DNA of 64,000 nt from a virus (IMGVR_UViG_3300032163_000010:8005-72004); one strand, 5' to 3'. Positions 48,764 through 59,325 are shown, numbered from the stretch's first letter. The notes: generated by a model from the sequence alone, not told the origin. Program-made: numbers and translations.

Positions 48764-51700
48764 CCTGGGACGAGTATAGCATCGACAGTGAAACCCTTAG
48801 TTGTGCTTTTAAGCAGAAAATACAGAGTACCCAACGTTGGATGCCGGGGTTTTACGTCCGAGATATCCCCGGCACCTGAGGAGGTTTCGATGTAATAATT
48901 CGCTCCCCAAAAATGCACCTTCGCCTTTGCAGAATCCGGTATTCGTGATGTCCGCAATGCCTGAATGCCACTGGGAGTTTTGACCTTCACAAAGGGAATG
49001 CCAGTGAGCACCGCGTCCACTGTTACTGCTTTTGTGCTCGATGGCGGAGTTGTGATAATAGCATCAGCCGCGAAGGACTTTTCTGCTTCCCAGGGAAAGT
49101 TAAGCGGAAAGTAAGCAAACCGTACCTTCCATGGATTCACCCCACCAGTTAGGTAAACCAAGCCTGTGAAATTGCCATAGGCTCGGTAGAAACACGTCAT
49201 GTCGGGCCTTGAATTGCCATAATTGTCGGTAGCTAACGGGTCTGAACTTTGGTTGATCCAATCAACCATGGCACTCCAATTTGCTCCGCCGTCGGTACTA
49301 GTTTGATAGTAAATATGCTCTGCTACCGCTCCTGGGGGTGTGTTAGTTGTCTTTGTTGACCAGAAACAGTAAAGCGTGGTGTCTCTGATGCTTAATACAG
49401 GGAAAGCGTAATAAGGTATATTCGCTTTAACTGTGGTCTCGCTACCCCATAAACCAGTTGAATAGGTTCTCTTACGGGATTTTATGTAACAATATGGATC
49501 TATGTATGTCACAAACTCCAGATAAACGTTGTTGCTGGGGTCAGCGACAACGCTATGCTGAACAGAATCACGTATACTTGAAAAAGAAGCTGTTTCCTCC
49601 CCGCCCATCGAACCTGTCCACAATCTTCCTTTGACAGTATCGCCATTAAAAGCATACGTGATGTACATTTTGCCGTCAGTTAATGGAATTACAGAAACAT
49701 CCCAATAATGGATTACGGTGCTCAGTTGATACGTGCTATGAGATGTCCACGTTCCGTTGTTCTGATCGCATTTATTGACAAAGGGGCAAATGTCAAATCC
49801 ATAATGATTCATATACCCTATCCAAGGATAACCGTTAGAGTCAACCGAAACAAAGGGTTTCGTTATTCCTGACCATGCATCGTAAAGATTCTGCTCATTT
49901 ATGGTACTCCATGTTATTGAACCGTCATATTTCGGAAAGCCACGTCTATAACGCAGACGAACGCCACTTGCATGAGCGTAGTGCAGATATTGTCCATCGA
50001 ACCAAATGGAAAATTCGTAGCCATCCGCGGCTGCTCTAACCGTTGTCGCTGCAGACCAAGTTGCACCGTCTGAGCTTGTTCTGTATACCATATTCGTGCC
50101 GTTACTGTAGAAAACCCAGAACAAACCGCTTGCGCGGAAGCTCTTACGCTGATACTGAAATGTAATTGCAAGATAATCCGTGCTCGTTCCAACTAAGTGT
50201 CCCGCACCGGTTATTCTACCGTCAGCGGTGAAGGTCTTCGTTTTCACTCCGCTTGTAAGAACTGCATCCGCTGTGAAGGTTTTTGTGGATGCGAGTCTAG
50301 CGTCAGCTGTGAAAGGTTTAGTTGATCGTTTTACAATTACAGCATCAACTATAGGCGATTTAGTGAATCGTTTTACAATTACAGCATCAACTGTGAAGGC
50401 CTTGGGTTTCAGCAGAATAGCGTCAGCCGTGAAGTCCTTAAAATGTACACCCAGAGATATAAGATTCGCGTCGACTGTAAATGGCTTAGTGAACCTCGTT
50501 GAAATCCAAGCATCTGCAAGGAGGGCCTTAGTGGGTCTTCTTACAACCCTAGCATCTGCCTTGAAAGTCTTATTGATAGTTTGAAGGCCATTCTTGAAAT
50601 ACCCAGTGTATATGAAGTACTCAAATGAGGTGTTTCCAGTATAGAGTTCTATGGTTGCGCTTACGGATATTCCCACGGTGATTGTGTAACCGTTATATTC
50701 TATCGGTGGGTAGGTTGCTCCTTCGCTTTCGTGTACAAGTATGTATCTAGCAAGTGAGCTACCTCCTTTCCGAGCACCTTCGTTATATTCGGTATCTGGG
50801 GAGTAGTTGCAAAGGATTAAGCTGACAAAGTTGTTTACATCAACAGGTTCATATTTGTATAGATTACCTAGAGATCCCGTTCCTCCATATATTTGCTCGG
50901 AAAGAATACAGAGAGACCGGATAATTGACTCGCTAAGTTTTGGTGCCGCTAAAGTCCAAGCATTAGACCCATTCCATTTTAATAGATAACCGTAAGAATC
51001 TCCGGTTCCACCGTATATCTCCCCGTTGAGAACACAAAGAGAGTAAATGGCACTATCCAAAGTGCCATACTCCGGTGCTACTTGAACCCAAGCATTAGAT
51101 CCATTCCACTTCAGCAGGTTGGCGCTGGGATATGTTCCTCCGTATATGTATCCATTTAGTACACAAAGAGAGCGAATGTCGGTCTCGGTACTATACTTTG
51201 ATGCTACTTGAACCCAGGCACTTGTTCCATTCCACTTCAGCAGGTTACCATTCGGAGAAGTTCCGCCATATATTACTCCATTTAGGACACAAAGGGAATA
51301 GATAGCTGTTTCTGAGCCGTATAGTGGTGCTACTTGAACCCAGGCGCTAGATCCATTCCATCTCAGTAAATTGCCGTTAGGGAATGTTCCACCATATATT
51401 TGACCATTCAGTACACAAAGAGAATCGATATATGTTTCTGACCCATACTTTGACGCAACCTGAACCCAAGCACCAGATCCATTCCATCTTAACAGTAAAC
51501 CGTTGGGATTTGTTCCTCCGTATATTTGTCCATTTAGGACAACGAGGCTCCAGATACCTGTTTCTGACCCATATTTGGGTGCTACTTGAACCCACGCGGT
51601 TCCGTTCCACTTAAGAAGGTTCCCATTCGGAATCGTTCCACCATATATCTCGCCATTCAGCACGCAGAGGGAGGTTATATGTGTCTCCGAGCCGTATTGT

Positions 51701-52449
51701 GCTGCCTTCTGGACCCAAGCCGGCAGAGTAAGTGAGTTCCATGTCGCTGATAAACCCGCCTCGAATGCTTGCCAATTTTCAACGAAGTCGGTCTCCTGGC
51801 CGAAGTATCCAAGATCAATTAGGGATTTGCTTGTGCCTTCGTTAATCCAATACTGGATGATATCTGAGGCATCACTCTTTACGTAGAACATGAGGCCGGA
51901 GCCACCGTTTGCCTCCGGCTCATGGATGTATGATAGTTTGCGCTCTAATGAACTACCCTTTGTTCTGACACCACCGTTCCAAGACACATCTTGATTCGCT
52001 GAGCTGATGATCACACTGTGGACTCTACTGTTAGCAGTTCCCAGGTCAAGATCAGTCCACGCCCCGATGGTAGAGATGGCTGTCGTAGCCATGGTTTCAA
52101 TAAAGTCACAGCCCGTGAAGTAGCCAAGTATCCTAAAAGAGTGGAGATCACTAACATCCTCCATGTAGACCTCGATAAGACCTGTCGTTGAGTGAACTTT
52201 GACAGGCATAGTGTAGACGACTTCCCCACCATCCTCAGCTTCATGGATGCTGATATAGCGATTTAGTGCGGAGCCGTCTGCTCTGACCCCCATCAAATTC
52301 TCATTAGCAAGTGTACCGTTACAGAGAGCAATCTCAACAATAGCTCCCTTTGGTACTCCGTGGTTGGTGAAGATATCGTAATCAGTCCATACACCATCGC
52401 TTCCGGGAGCTGTGAAACTAGCTACTAATTCTACATATGCGATGGTCAT
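48760..52449 (-). CDS. Mosaic tail fibre/receptor-binding protein
   Basis: Three N-terminal repeats, seven-blade propeller repeats, KxFTxDA stalk, BNR-like (TSTDGG.NW) domain. Confidence 0.75.
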   Translation of the reverse strand: MTIAYVELVASFTAPGSDGVWTDYDIFTNHGVPKGAIVEIALCNGTLANENLMGVRADGSALNRYISIHEAEDGGEVVYTMPVKVHSTTGLIEVYMEDVSDLHSFRILGYFTGCDFIETMATTAISTIGAWTDLDLGTANSRVHSVIISSANQDVSWNGGVRTKGSSLERKLSYIHEPEANGGSGLMFYVKSDASDIIQYWINEGTSKSLIDLGYFGQETDFVENWQAFEAGLSATWNSLTLPAWVQKAAQYGSETHITSLCVLNGEIYGGTIPNGNLLKWNGTAWVQVAPKYGSETGIWSLVVLNGQIYGGTNPNGLLLRWNGSGAWVQVASKYGSETYIDSLCVLNGQIYGGTFPNGNLLRWNGSSAWVQVAPLYGSETAIYSLCVLNGVIYGGTSPNGNLLKWNGTSAWVQVASKYSTETDIRSLCVLNGYIYGGTYPSANLLKWNGSNAWVQVAPEYGTLDSAIYSLCVLNGEIYGGTGDSYGYLLKWNGSNAWTLAAPKLSESIIRSLCILSEQIYGGTGSLGNLYKYEPVDVNNFVSLILCNYSPDTEYNEGARKGGSSLARYILVHESEGATYPPIEYNGYTITVGISVSATIELYTGNTSFEYFIYTGYFKNGLQTINKTFKADARVVRRPTKALLADAWISTRFTKPFTVDANLISLGVHFKDFTADAILLKPKAFTVDAVIVKRFTKSPIVDAVIVKRSTKPFTADARLASTKTFTADAVLTSGVKTKTFTADGRITGAGHLVGTSTDYLAITFQYQRKSFRASGLFWVFYSNGTNMVYRTSSDGATWSAATTVRAAADGYEFSIWFDGQYLHYAHASGVRLRYRRGFPKYDGSITWSTINEQNLYDAWSGITKPFVSVDSNGYPWIGYMNHYGFDICPFVNKCDQNNGTWTSHSTYQLSTVIHYWDVSVIPLTDGKMYITYAFNGDTVKGRLWTGSMGGEETASFSSIRDSVQHSVVADPSNNVYLEFVTYIDPYCYIKSRKRTYSTGLWGSETTVKANIPYYAFPVLSIRDTTLYCFWSTKTTNTPPGAVAEHIYYQTSTDGGANWSAMVDWINQSSDPLATDNYGNSRPDMTCFYRAYGNFTGLVYLTGGVNPWKVRFAYFPLNFPWEAEKSFAADAIITTPPSSTKAVTVDAVLTGIPFVKVKTPSGIQALRTSRIPDSAKAKVHFWGANYYIETSSGAGDISDVKPRHPTLGTLYFLLKSTTKGFTVDAILVPG
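50865..51720 (-). repeat. Seven near-identical 41-43-aa beta-propeller blades
   Basis: WVQVAPKYGSETxIxSLCVLNGxIYGGTxPNGNLLKWNG repeated. Confidence 0.9.
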
Positions 52450-52459
52450 AGACTGCACC

Positions 52460-54685
52460 TCACGATACGTCTATCCAGATGTCTCCGTTGCGGGGAGAAG
52501 GGGGATCTCCGGATATCAGTGGCAAGAGCAACCGTGCACCGGATACATCTAAGACCGCGTTACCCAATATATCTATATCCCCATCACCTCTAAGTTTCAA
52601 TACGTACCCGCCGGACTCCAAGATGATGTCCTTAGTACCACCGACTGTGAGAATTTTGATAGCATCCCTACCGCCCTCCACAGTCATGTCCAATGTGCCA
52701 ATTAAGGTTCCGTCATCTTTCACTAGTCTGAAATTGCCAGCTCCATATACGGAAATTTTCCCAGTAGCAGGATCAAAAAAGAACGTCCTCGCTAGTGGTC
52801 CCGATTTGAATCCCCAGATACCAGCAGTGAAATTCCCACCGATTGCATCACCTATTAGTGTTGGGGTTGTGATGATATCCGCAAGGTCTCCAATTATACG
52901 GATCCCAGCATTGCCACCAGCAATACCAACTAAGGCTTGAGTTGCAATGTCCTTTCCATAAATGGAGTCAGTATCGATATGTATCGTGTTGATTGCCTTA
53001 GCACCAACAAAATCGCTTATCCAGTTAGATCTCTTTCCTGCTATTGCATGGAAGGAAACATCCTGATCCGGATCCACAGACACGTAAGCCTTGCAGAGAA
53101 GACCCACAGTATTGCCGGTAACATTTGCATAGTTATCCGTAGCTTGTAGCGTAGTGCTTCCCAACGAGAAGTAGAGGTACCAAGTATCCAAATCCACCAT
53201 CCCAGTCTTTTGGCCAGCATCAATGGCCTGAGAGCTACCATCTGCAAATACAATCGTCCCTGCATGCCAGTGGATATCCGCATGATTGGAACCGGCGTGA
53301 TCCGTCCTATTTTTGTAGAATTCAACTGTAGATTCATACGGCTGGATACCAGGTCTCATAGCGGCAGCGAAGATTGAATCTTCAGCTATGTGATCCTTGA
53401 TGATCTTGGTGCCCTTCGCACCGAATGTCTCAATGCCTATCTTCTGGCTTGTGTCTGAGGAGACGGTCAGCTTAGCAATGAGACCTATCTTTGCAGCTGC
53501 ATAATCACTAGTGACAGTTAACGTTGCAGAGCCGATAGTAAAATAAACATAATAAGTTCCCGCGGAGCCAAGGTCTCCCGTAGAACCTGCGTTTATGGCT
53601 AACGTTGTGGCATCAGCAAAGGTAATAGTTCCCGCTCCCCATGTCGCTGTATCCCAATCAACAGCAGTAAACACAAGATTGCTATTCCAAGTCTGGAGGC
53701 TCTTTGGAATCTGGCCAATCGAGATGGGATATATCCCCATTTCTTCATACTTCTTCAGATCTATGATCCTATCCTCAACGGTCTTAACTTTAGACGTTAT
53801 TGCTACTATCGTTAGATCTAATCTCCGTTGGAGTCTCGTAATCTTATAACTCCCCGAAAGACCTAACTCAGCGTCTGATAGCGGGACAGTATCTCCAACA
53901 ATGATCCATTGTGTGTCCTCCTGAGATGCGTTAATCGCAGAGGGTCCATCGTCAGTATTCAGTTCATTATAATACCTCTGAGCTAGAAGATTCAATGTAG
54001 CTACGTCGGCTGCTTTCCTCTCCGTGAACGTCCTGATCTTTGTTCCTGGTCCATAACTGCCCTCAATATATGACCCATTCGCGTCTACCCCTCTGACATA
54101 GACCTTCGTAGGTGTCATCTGTCGGTCTTTAATCCTAGTAGATTCCTCCTCCGGGAGGATAGCTAGCGCACCCTTTGCACTTCCCCTAGTGCCTACATGG
54201 ATAGTATTTGTTGATTTGACCCCCCATACATCAGCTCCTGCAATATCCGCAAGGAACTTCGCTGCATCTAAGCACGCCGCTCGAGCGAACCTCACAGAGA
54301 CTGTCGGATCGGATCCTGCCGTCCATGAATAATTCACACCAGCCGCAGAGGCCACCGCAGCCAGTATCGTCGAACAAGTGACTCCATTATACACTGCTGT
54401 GATGTCCTTATAGAACATTGTATAATAGACAGTCGGGATGACGTTACATATCAGCTCCCCTTTAGTGTGTTTCGCTCCTGTACACGTGCCAATGAAGATA
54501 TCGGTCATCCCCCCTAGACCGTCATCCCATTGCAGTGACGCATCAACATCCGATGCAATGAGAGTTCTGTTCGTAGAAGTATTCGGTAGGATTATCCGAC
54601 AAACTTCAGTACCATTGAGGTTTTCATCAGTTGCATCTAAGTACCCCACTGTCGTGGATATCTTAGCGACATATCCTTTGGTTAT
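52460..54685 (-). CDS. Tail hub/baseplate-tip protein (possible ATA start at 54685)
   Basis: After the Dit-like gene; VYVRG and GDTV.L.D..LG hub-like motifs; duplicated W.AGTI.FAD domain. Confidence 0.65.
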   Translation of the reverse strand: MTKGYVAKISTTVGYLDATDENLNGTEVCRIILPNTSTNRTLIASDVDASLQWDDGLGGMTDIFIGTCTGAKHTKGELICNVIPTVYYTMFYKDITAVYNGVTCSTILAAVASAAGVNYSWTAGSDPTVSVRFARAACLDAAKFLADIAGADVWGVKSTNTIHVGTRGSAKGALAILPEEESTRIKDRQMTPTKVYVRGVDANGSYIEGSYGPGTKIRTFTERKAADVATLNLLAQRYYNELNTDDGPSAINASQEDTQWIIVGDTVPLSDAELGLSGSYKITRLQRRLDLTIVAITSKVKTVEDRIIDLKKYEEMGIYPISIGQIPKSLQTWNSNLVFTAVDWDTATWGAGTITFADATTLAINAGSTGDLGSAGTYYVYFTIGSATLTVTSDYAAAKIGLIAKLTVSSDTSQKIGIETFGAKGTKIIKDHIAEDSIFAAAMRPGIQPYESTVEFYKNRTDHAGSNHADIHWHAGTIVFADGSSQAIDAGQKTGMVDLDTWYLYFSLGSTTLQATDNYANVTGNTVGLLCKAYVSVDPDQDVSFHAIAGKRSNWISDFVGAKAINTIHIDTDSIYGKDIATQALVGIAGGNAGIRIIGDLADIITTPTLIGDAIGGNFTAGIWGFKSGPLARTFFFDPATGKISVYGAGNFRLVKDDGTLIGTLDMTVEGGRDAIKILTVGGTKDIILESGGYVLKLRGDGDIDILGNAVLDVSGARLLLPLISGDPPSPRNGDIWIDVS

Positions 54686-54686
54686 C

Positions 54687-55073
54687 TTATATCACCACAT
54701 GCGTCGATCCACGCCAGAATTCCATATTATAGAAAAATACCCTAGCAAACCCCGGCCGTTCTTCAATATTCATCCCTGCGAACACGAAATCTCTTCCTGA
54801 GTAGAGCATTCCAGTAGATGTGATCGTAACTACCGTATGTATCAGATCCTCTAGCTTCCCTGAGCCAGAGAGATAATCCGTAACCAGATTCGCCTTAGTG
54901 TGTGCAGCTTCTGCTAGGAGGCCTTCTATCTTGAGAACCTCAGCCTTACGACCAAAACTAATCAACAAAGGCAATGCCGAAGGGAACCTCGTGGATTTGA
55001 TATCCGCGTCCATCTTGTGTTCGATTCTCATTGGATACCTAGGTAACGTCACACTCCCTATTTGGAAACTCAT
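54687..55073 (-). CDS. Distal tail protein-like
   Basis: 128 aa directly after the tape measure gene. Confidence 0.5.
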   Translation of the reverse strand: MSFQIGSVTLPRYPMRIEHKMDADIKSTRFPSALPLLISFGRKAEVLKIEGLLAEAAHTKANLVTDYLSGSGKLEDLIHTVVTITSTGMLYSGRDFVFAGMNIEERPGFARVFFYNMEFWRGSTHVVI

Positions 55074-55076
55074 TCA

Positions 55077-57491
55077 TCACTCCCCCGGGCTAACATTCCT
55101 TCCGAATAAACTATCCGCTGAACCACTAGCAGCGGCATCTTGGAGCCTTTGTAGATCTATATCACTGCTCACACTGTCTATATTAATAGTCTGATATACG
55201 GTCTGCTGTTGGGAAGTCATACCAGCTCCTACTCCTACTCCCCCTGTTATTGTTGGTTCTGGAGCCTTCGGGAACAACCAACCAAACCACGAGGTCAGAT
55301 TACTCCATAGCTCTTGCAACCACTTAATGAGCCCCTGCACTGCCGCAGTAACTTCATCCCAGTAGAAGATCAACAGGGTAATGATACCTATTACAGCTAA
55401 TATCGCCCAGCCAACGGGACCTATAGCTGCAAGGAATCCCGATAATACACTGCCTACAGAGGCAACGAGTGGTATCAAAAACCCGAACACATGTCCTAGT
55501 GCTAAAAACAACGGCATTATCAATGCCATGACAGCACCGACTGCCATCATTATCGGCGAGAGCACTAGTAGCACTGCGAGAATTTGTCCGATCAGCGGTG
55601 CCCAAGGTTTGAGGAACTCTGCAAAACTCACTAGATAAGGCATCAATCCAGCTACTGCCTGTACTAATGACATGAGTATTATCCCACCGGCCCCTCTCAT
55701 GACCTCCGTTAACCCATTAATGATTTGTATCAAGTACGGCGCAGCTTCAACGGCTAGCCTCAAGAACTCCGCTTGCAACATTCCTAACGACGTCTGCACT
55801 TGTAACCCCACTTCAGGAAGCCTCGCAAGGGTATCCCTCATACCTTCAATATTAGCAATCCCTGCAACATCGAATCCTGCCATTGCCAGCCCCATTGTCG
55901 TCGCGAGACTCTCCATACCCCCCTCCCAATCCTGGAGGGCATTGATAAGCATCTGTATTATACCAGTAGCCATCGACCAGATTATCCTTCCTAAGATGAG
56001 CAATCTGAATCCTAACCACATAGTGCGGAATCCCATCCCCTTCATTCCGGCAGCTGCTTTACCTGTACCCTTGGCTGCTTTCCCTCCTTCCCCGCCTAAA
56101 CCTTTAAGTGCTTTAGATATCCCACCGAATATATCCCCAACTGTAACAGGTTCCGTTTGTTTAGTCCAATCCTGCTCCTGTTCAAACTCCGCAGTCTTAG
56201 TTCTCTCTCCCATTGTTCCTCCCTTAGTCCAAGAGATGCCCCACTTCCTTGCAGGGCCCCTTGCTGTGGTTTCCCTCGCTAGACCAGGTATCTCAATACC
56301 AGCAAGGTTCTCTTTAAGAGTCTGGATAGCTGCCTTAGCTTGTTCTATGATCCCTCCTTCAGGCTTCCGGTATTCCATAGGTTCTCCGGTTACTGCAGCG
56401 GCCTTATATGCAACTCCCATCTGTTTTTCGACTACATCAGGGAGGATGTCTACAATGTTCTCTAGGTCGATGTTCTTGAACATATCCTGAATAGCTGTTG
56501 CCATCATCCTCTCGATGTAAGTCCTGCTGACTCCAGGAATCCCAGGAGCCATCGCTGGCTGTGCAACCGCCTCCTCAGGGAAGGCTTTCTCAAATCTTGC
56601 CCAAAAATCCTTAGCCTGAAGGGCCATTACTTCCCCAGGAGTCTCTGGCATGGGTTCTCTGGCAATGGCCATCCTCTGAGGGCCACGATACGTCATGAAG
56701 TCCGCTCTAACCGCGGTGATCTTCTGTGCTAAATCCTTATCAACTATGTTATAATCTGTAGCTAATCTCTTATTCAAATTCTCAAATATATCAATCATCC
56801 TACCAAGGACTCTTTGCAACTGCTCAGGCTTCAGTTTGGCAATCATCACGTCGGACATGATTTGTCTTTCTATAGGAACGTCTTCAGCTCTGGCTTTCTT
56901 TCTCCTTTTGCCCGCTTTCTCTGTTACCTCAGTGAGTTTGAACTCCTCTTCCGGACCTTCGTCTTCTTCCCCAGCAGCAGCTCCCCCTCCCCTTGGTGGG
57001 GGTCCTTCCCCGCCTTCCTCTTCTGTTGGCTCACCTACCTCCTCTTCGTCTTCTTCCCCAGCTTCTATTTCCACTTCAGCTTTCTCGGCCTCAACAACAA
57101 CAGGGGCAGCTGCTCCTTCAGGTGCTGGAATCAGAATGCCCTCTTGTTTAGCAAACGCAGCAGCAGTGGCCTCTTCCTTCGCTTGTTCTACTCCTGAGAC
57201 TATTCCTTGGATTTTCTCCTCAGCAATAGTAGGTATTCCGGATGCTCGCATCTCCTCGGGGGTTAGCTCTTCCTTCCTTAGCCTCGGCATCTCAGGGACT
57301 CTATGCTCTAAGGCCTCCTTTGCAACCGGCTGTGTAACACCATAGACCTCCTGAGGTTTAGGTACAGGACCTTTCTTATAAACTTCCCTCGAGGCATCCT
57401 GTATCCTCTTTAATCTGGCCTCCGCTGCGTCAGCTACCTCTTTGTTCTGCTCCCGCCACTTGACATTAATGTTTAGATCTCTTTCGGCCAT
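55077..57491 (-). CDS. Tape measure protein
   Basis: Helical Ala/Gly-rich protein with hydrophobic C-terminal half, follows the tail chaperones. Confidence 0.8.
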   Translation of the reverse strand: MAERDLNINVKWREQNKEVADAAEARLKRIQDASREVYKKGPVPKPQEVYGVTQPVAKEALEHRVPEMPRLRKEELTPEEMRASGIPTIAEEKIQGIVSGVEQAKEEATAAAFAKQEGILIPAPEGAAAPVVVEAEKAEVEIEAGEEDEEEVGEPTEEEGGEGPPPRGGGAAAGEEDEGPEEEFKLTEVTEKAGKRRKKARAEDVPIERQIMSDVMIAKLKPEQLQRVLGRMIDIFENLNKRLATDYNIVDKDLAQKITAVRADFMTYRGPQRMAIAREPMPETPGEVMALQAKDFWARFEKAFPEEAVAQPAMAPGIPGVSRTYIERMMATAIQDMFKNIDLENIVDILPDVVEKQMGVAYKAAAVTGEPMEYRKPEGGIIEQAKAAIQTLKENLAGIEIPGLARETTARGPARKWGISWTKGGTMGERTKTAEFEQEQDWTKQTEPVTVGDIFGGISKALKGLGGEGGKAAKGTGKAAAGMKGMGFRTMWLGFRLLILGRIIWSMATGIIQMLINALQDWEGGMESLATTMGLAMAGFDVAGIANIEGMRDTLARLPEVGLQVQTSLGMLQAEFLRLAVEAAPYLIQIINGLTEVMRGAGGIILMSLVQAVAGLMPYLVSFAEFLKPWAPLIGQILAVLLVLSPIMMAVGAVMALIMPLFLALGHVFGFLIPLVASVGSVLSGFLAAIGPVGWAILAVIGIITLLIFYWDEVTAAVQGLIKWLQELWSNLTSWFGWLFPKAPEPTITGGVGVGAGMTSQQQTVYQTINIDSVSSDIDLQRLQDAAASGSADSLFGRNVSPGE

Positions 57492-58129
57492 CTAATTTAT
57501 CCCTCGTCAAGTTACCTACGCCGAAATGCTTATACTTGTTAAGTATCCCTGCTGATAACCCCTCTCCTTGACCTGTCCTCTCCATCATGTTGGCCATGAT
57601 TTTCGCATCTAGCATCATGTCCCAGAGTCCAGGCTCGATATCGTCTAGTAGTCCCTCATCCCGAAGGATTTGGCTCGGGCGTTGGTTCGACTGAGCTGCT
57701 AACGCCCCCGCCAATTCCCCCAGGTTGCTGTCCCCCAGAGCGAAACAGTTCTTGCATCTTCTCCTCGGTTAGGTCCGCGAACTTGATTACTTCGTTCAGC
57801 AGTTCAAAATAATCAATAATCTCTATGTCCTCTATACTAAGTTCGTCATCGTTAGCAATCTTTCCTATAACCACCTTTGGTTCTATTATACAAGACGCCA
57901 AAACGGCATCAACGCTGTCCAGTAATTTTTCCATCTCCCCTTGTGTTAGCTTATCTAACTTCGTTGGATCTGGGATTTCGTCAGGTAATCCTTCTCTGGC
58001 CTCCTGAGCAGATAGGAGCTTCATATACGCAGTTCTTCCAGGTTTGCGGATAGTAAATACCGAACCTGAAGATAACGTGAGTTGCTTACGCTTCTTTTCC
58101 CGATATTGTCTCGCGCTCATCTTCACCAA
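57466..58129 (-). CDS. Tail assembly chaperone pair (57656-58129 plus +1 frameshift extension to 57466)
   Basis: TTT CGC at 57740-57745; the +1 frame reads ELF-ALGDSNLGELAGALAAQSNQRPSQIL. Confidence 0.75.
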
Positions 58130-58343
58130 CTTCCTTTTCTTCTATAACCTTCGGTTCTTCTATGACTTCCGTTCGCAACTTCAATGGAACGAGCATGTCG
58201 CCCGTCCAGACCATATCCCTCCCGCAATGGTCACAAGGTTGCGTGCCACATGATCCTTCTTTTGTGTAGTTAACAAACGTGAACGGGGTAGCAGAGCGGA
58301 TGGTATTCTCCGCTCCGCACGCCGGGCAAATGATCTTAGGCAT
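58086..58343 (-). CDS. Zn-ribbon protein in tail operon
   Basis: CPAC...CDHC. Confidence 0.6.
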   Translation of the reverse strand: MPKIICPACGAENTIRSATPFTFVNYTKEGSCGTQPCDHCGRDMVWTGDMLVPLKLRTEVIEEPKVIEEKEVGEDERETISGKEA

Positions 58344-58344
58344 T

Positions 58345-59310
58345 TTAGATCGGTCCTGCGGTCATATTCGTCAGCACCATCTGGTTCGATGCACTATAGA
58401 ACGCCTTGAAGTTCACCGTCTGTCGCAGTCTATCCCTAGTGTTCACAGGAGACGGAATCTCAGTTATCCCTGCTGCCGGGAAACTAAACTCCAAATCATA
58501 GCTGTCATGTACTTGACCACTAGGTGGACCATCACACGCTATGCTTATCGCTCCAGTATAGTACTCGTCCTGAGGTGTCGTCGAAGCACCAGCCAATCCA
58601 TAGAACTTCTGTCTCTGTGTCCAGTCAGCAAACCTTCCCTCAAGTTCTCCCGTTATCTCAAAGCCTTCTTCTACGATGTCCGGCAAGAACCTCGATCCTG
58701 TGGTGTGAGCGTCATCAGGAACAGTTCTCTCTATCCTTACTCTGAAGGATTCACACTTGAGAACCTGCCCAAAGGACGTCACTGTAGCGTCGAACAGTGT
58801 AAAAGGTCTTACCGAAGGTATCGTACCCAGAGCTGACGGTGCGGCAGCGATGTCTTCCTTATTATACTGCAGTGTCCATGTGGACATCACCGGCCTATCC
58901 TGGGCTGCTTCAAACTCCACAGTTTTCACTACGCACCCCAGAAGAGCTAATGCGTTAACCGACGCACCAGTCACATGTTCCATGAAGAAGGATTTCACTC
59001 CTTCGCTCATAGTGAACGTATGCTGTTGCATCCCATCGTGTGCGACTGAATTGGCTGTTCCCCAGATCCATTTCAGCAAGTTCGCTATATTGTCCGGTCT
59101 CGCGAAAGTCCGCAGCGTATACTCGCCGACGAAGCCTCCCATCACAGCGCCAGTATCCATCAGATAGATTGACTCCCTCAAGTCCATCTGATTATTGTTC
59201 GGTACAGGTTCGCCATCCACAAATGGCAAGTACTTCGCTCCGGTTGGATACCCTGCGGGCTTTGAGGCGTACGCGGTTTCCTCTAACACTCCAACCCATC
59301 TACTTCCCAT
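58345..59310 (-). CDS. Tail tube protein, paralog 2
   Basis: E..YA N-terminus, HTFT, position before the chaperone; similar to 59326. Confidence 0.8.
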   Translation of the reverse strand: MGSRWVGVLEETAYASKPAGYPTGAKYLPFVDGEPVPNNNQMDLRESIYLMDTGAVMGGFVGEYTLRTFARPDNIANLLKWIWGTANSVAHDGMQQHTFTMSEGVKSFFMEHVTGASVNALALLGCVVKTVEFEAAQDRPVMSTWTLQYNKEDIAAAPSALGTIPSVRPFTLFDATVTSFGQVLKCESFRVRIERTVPDDAHTTGSRFLPDIVEEGFEITGELEGRFADWTQRQKFYGLAGASTTPQDEYYTGAISIACDGPPSGQVHDSYDLEFSFPAAGITEIPSPVNTRDRLRQTVNFKAFYSASNQMVLTNMTAGPI

Positions 59311-59325
59311 TTTCTTTCAACCTCC

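Noticed and set aside
48760-52449. Diversity-generating retroelement target
   Set aside because: No reverse transcriptase or template repeat seen in the window; repeats are in-frame structural blades
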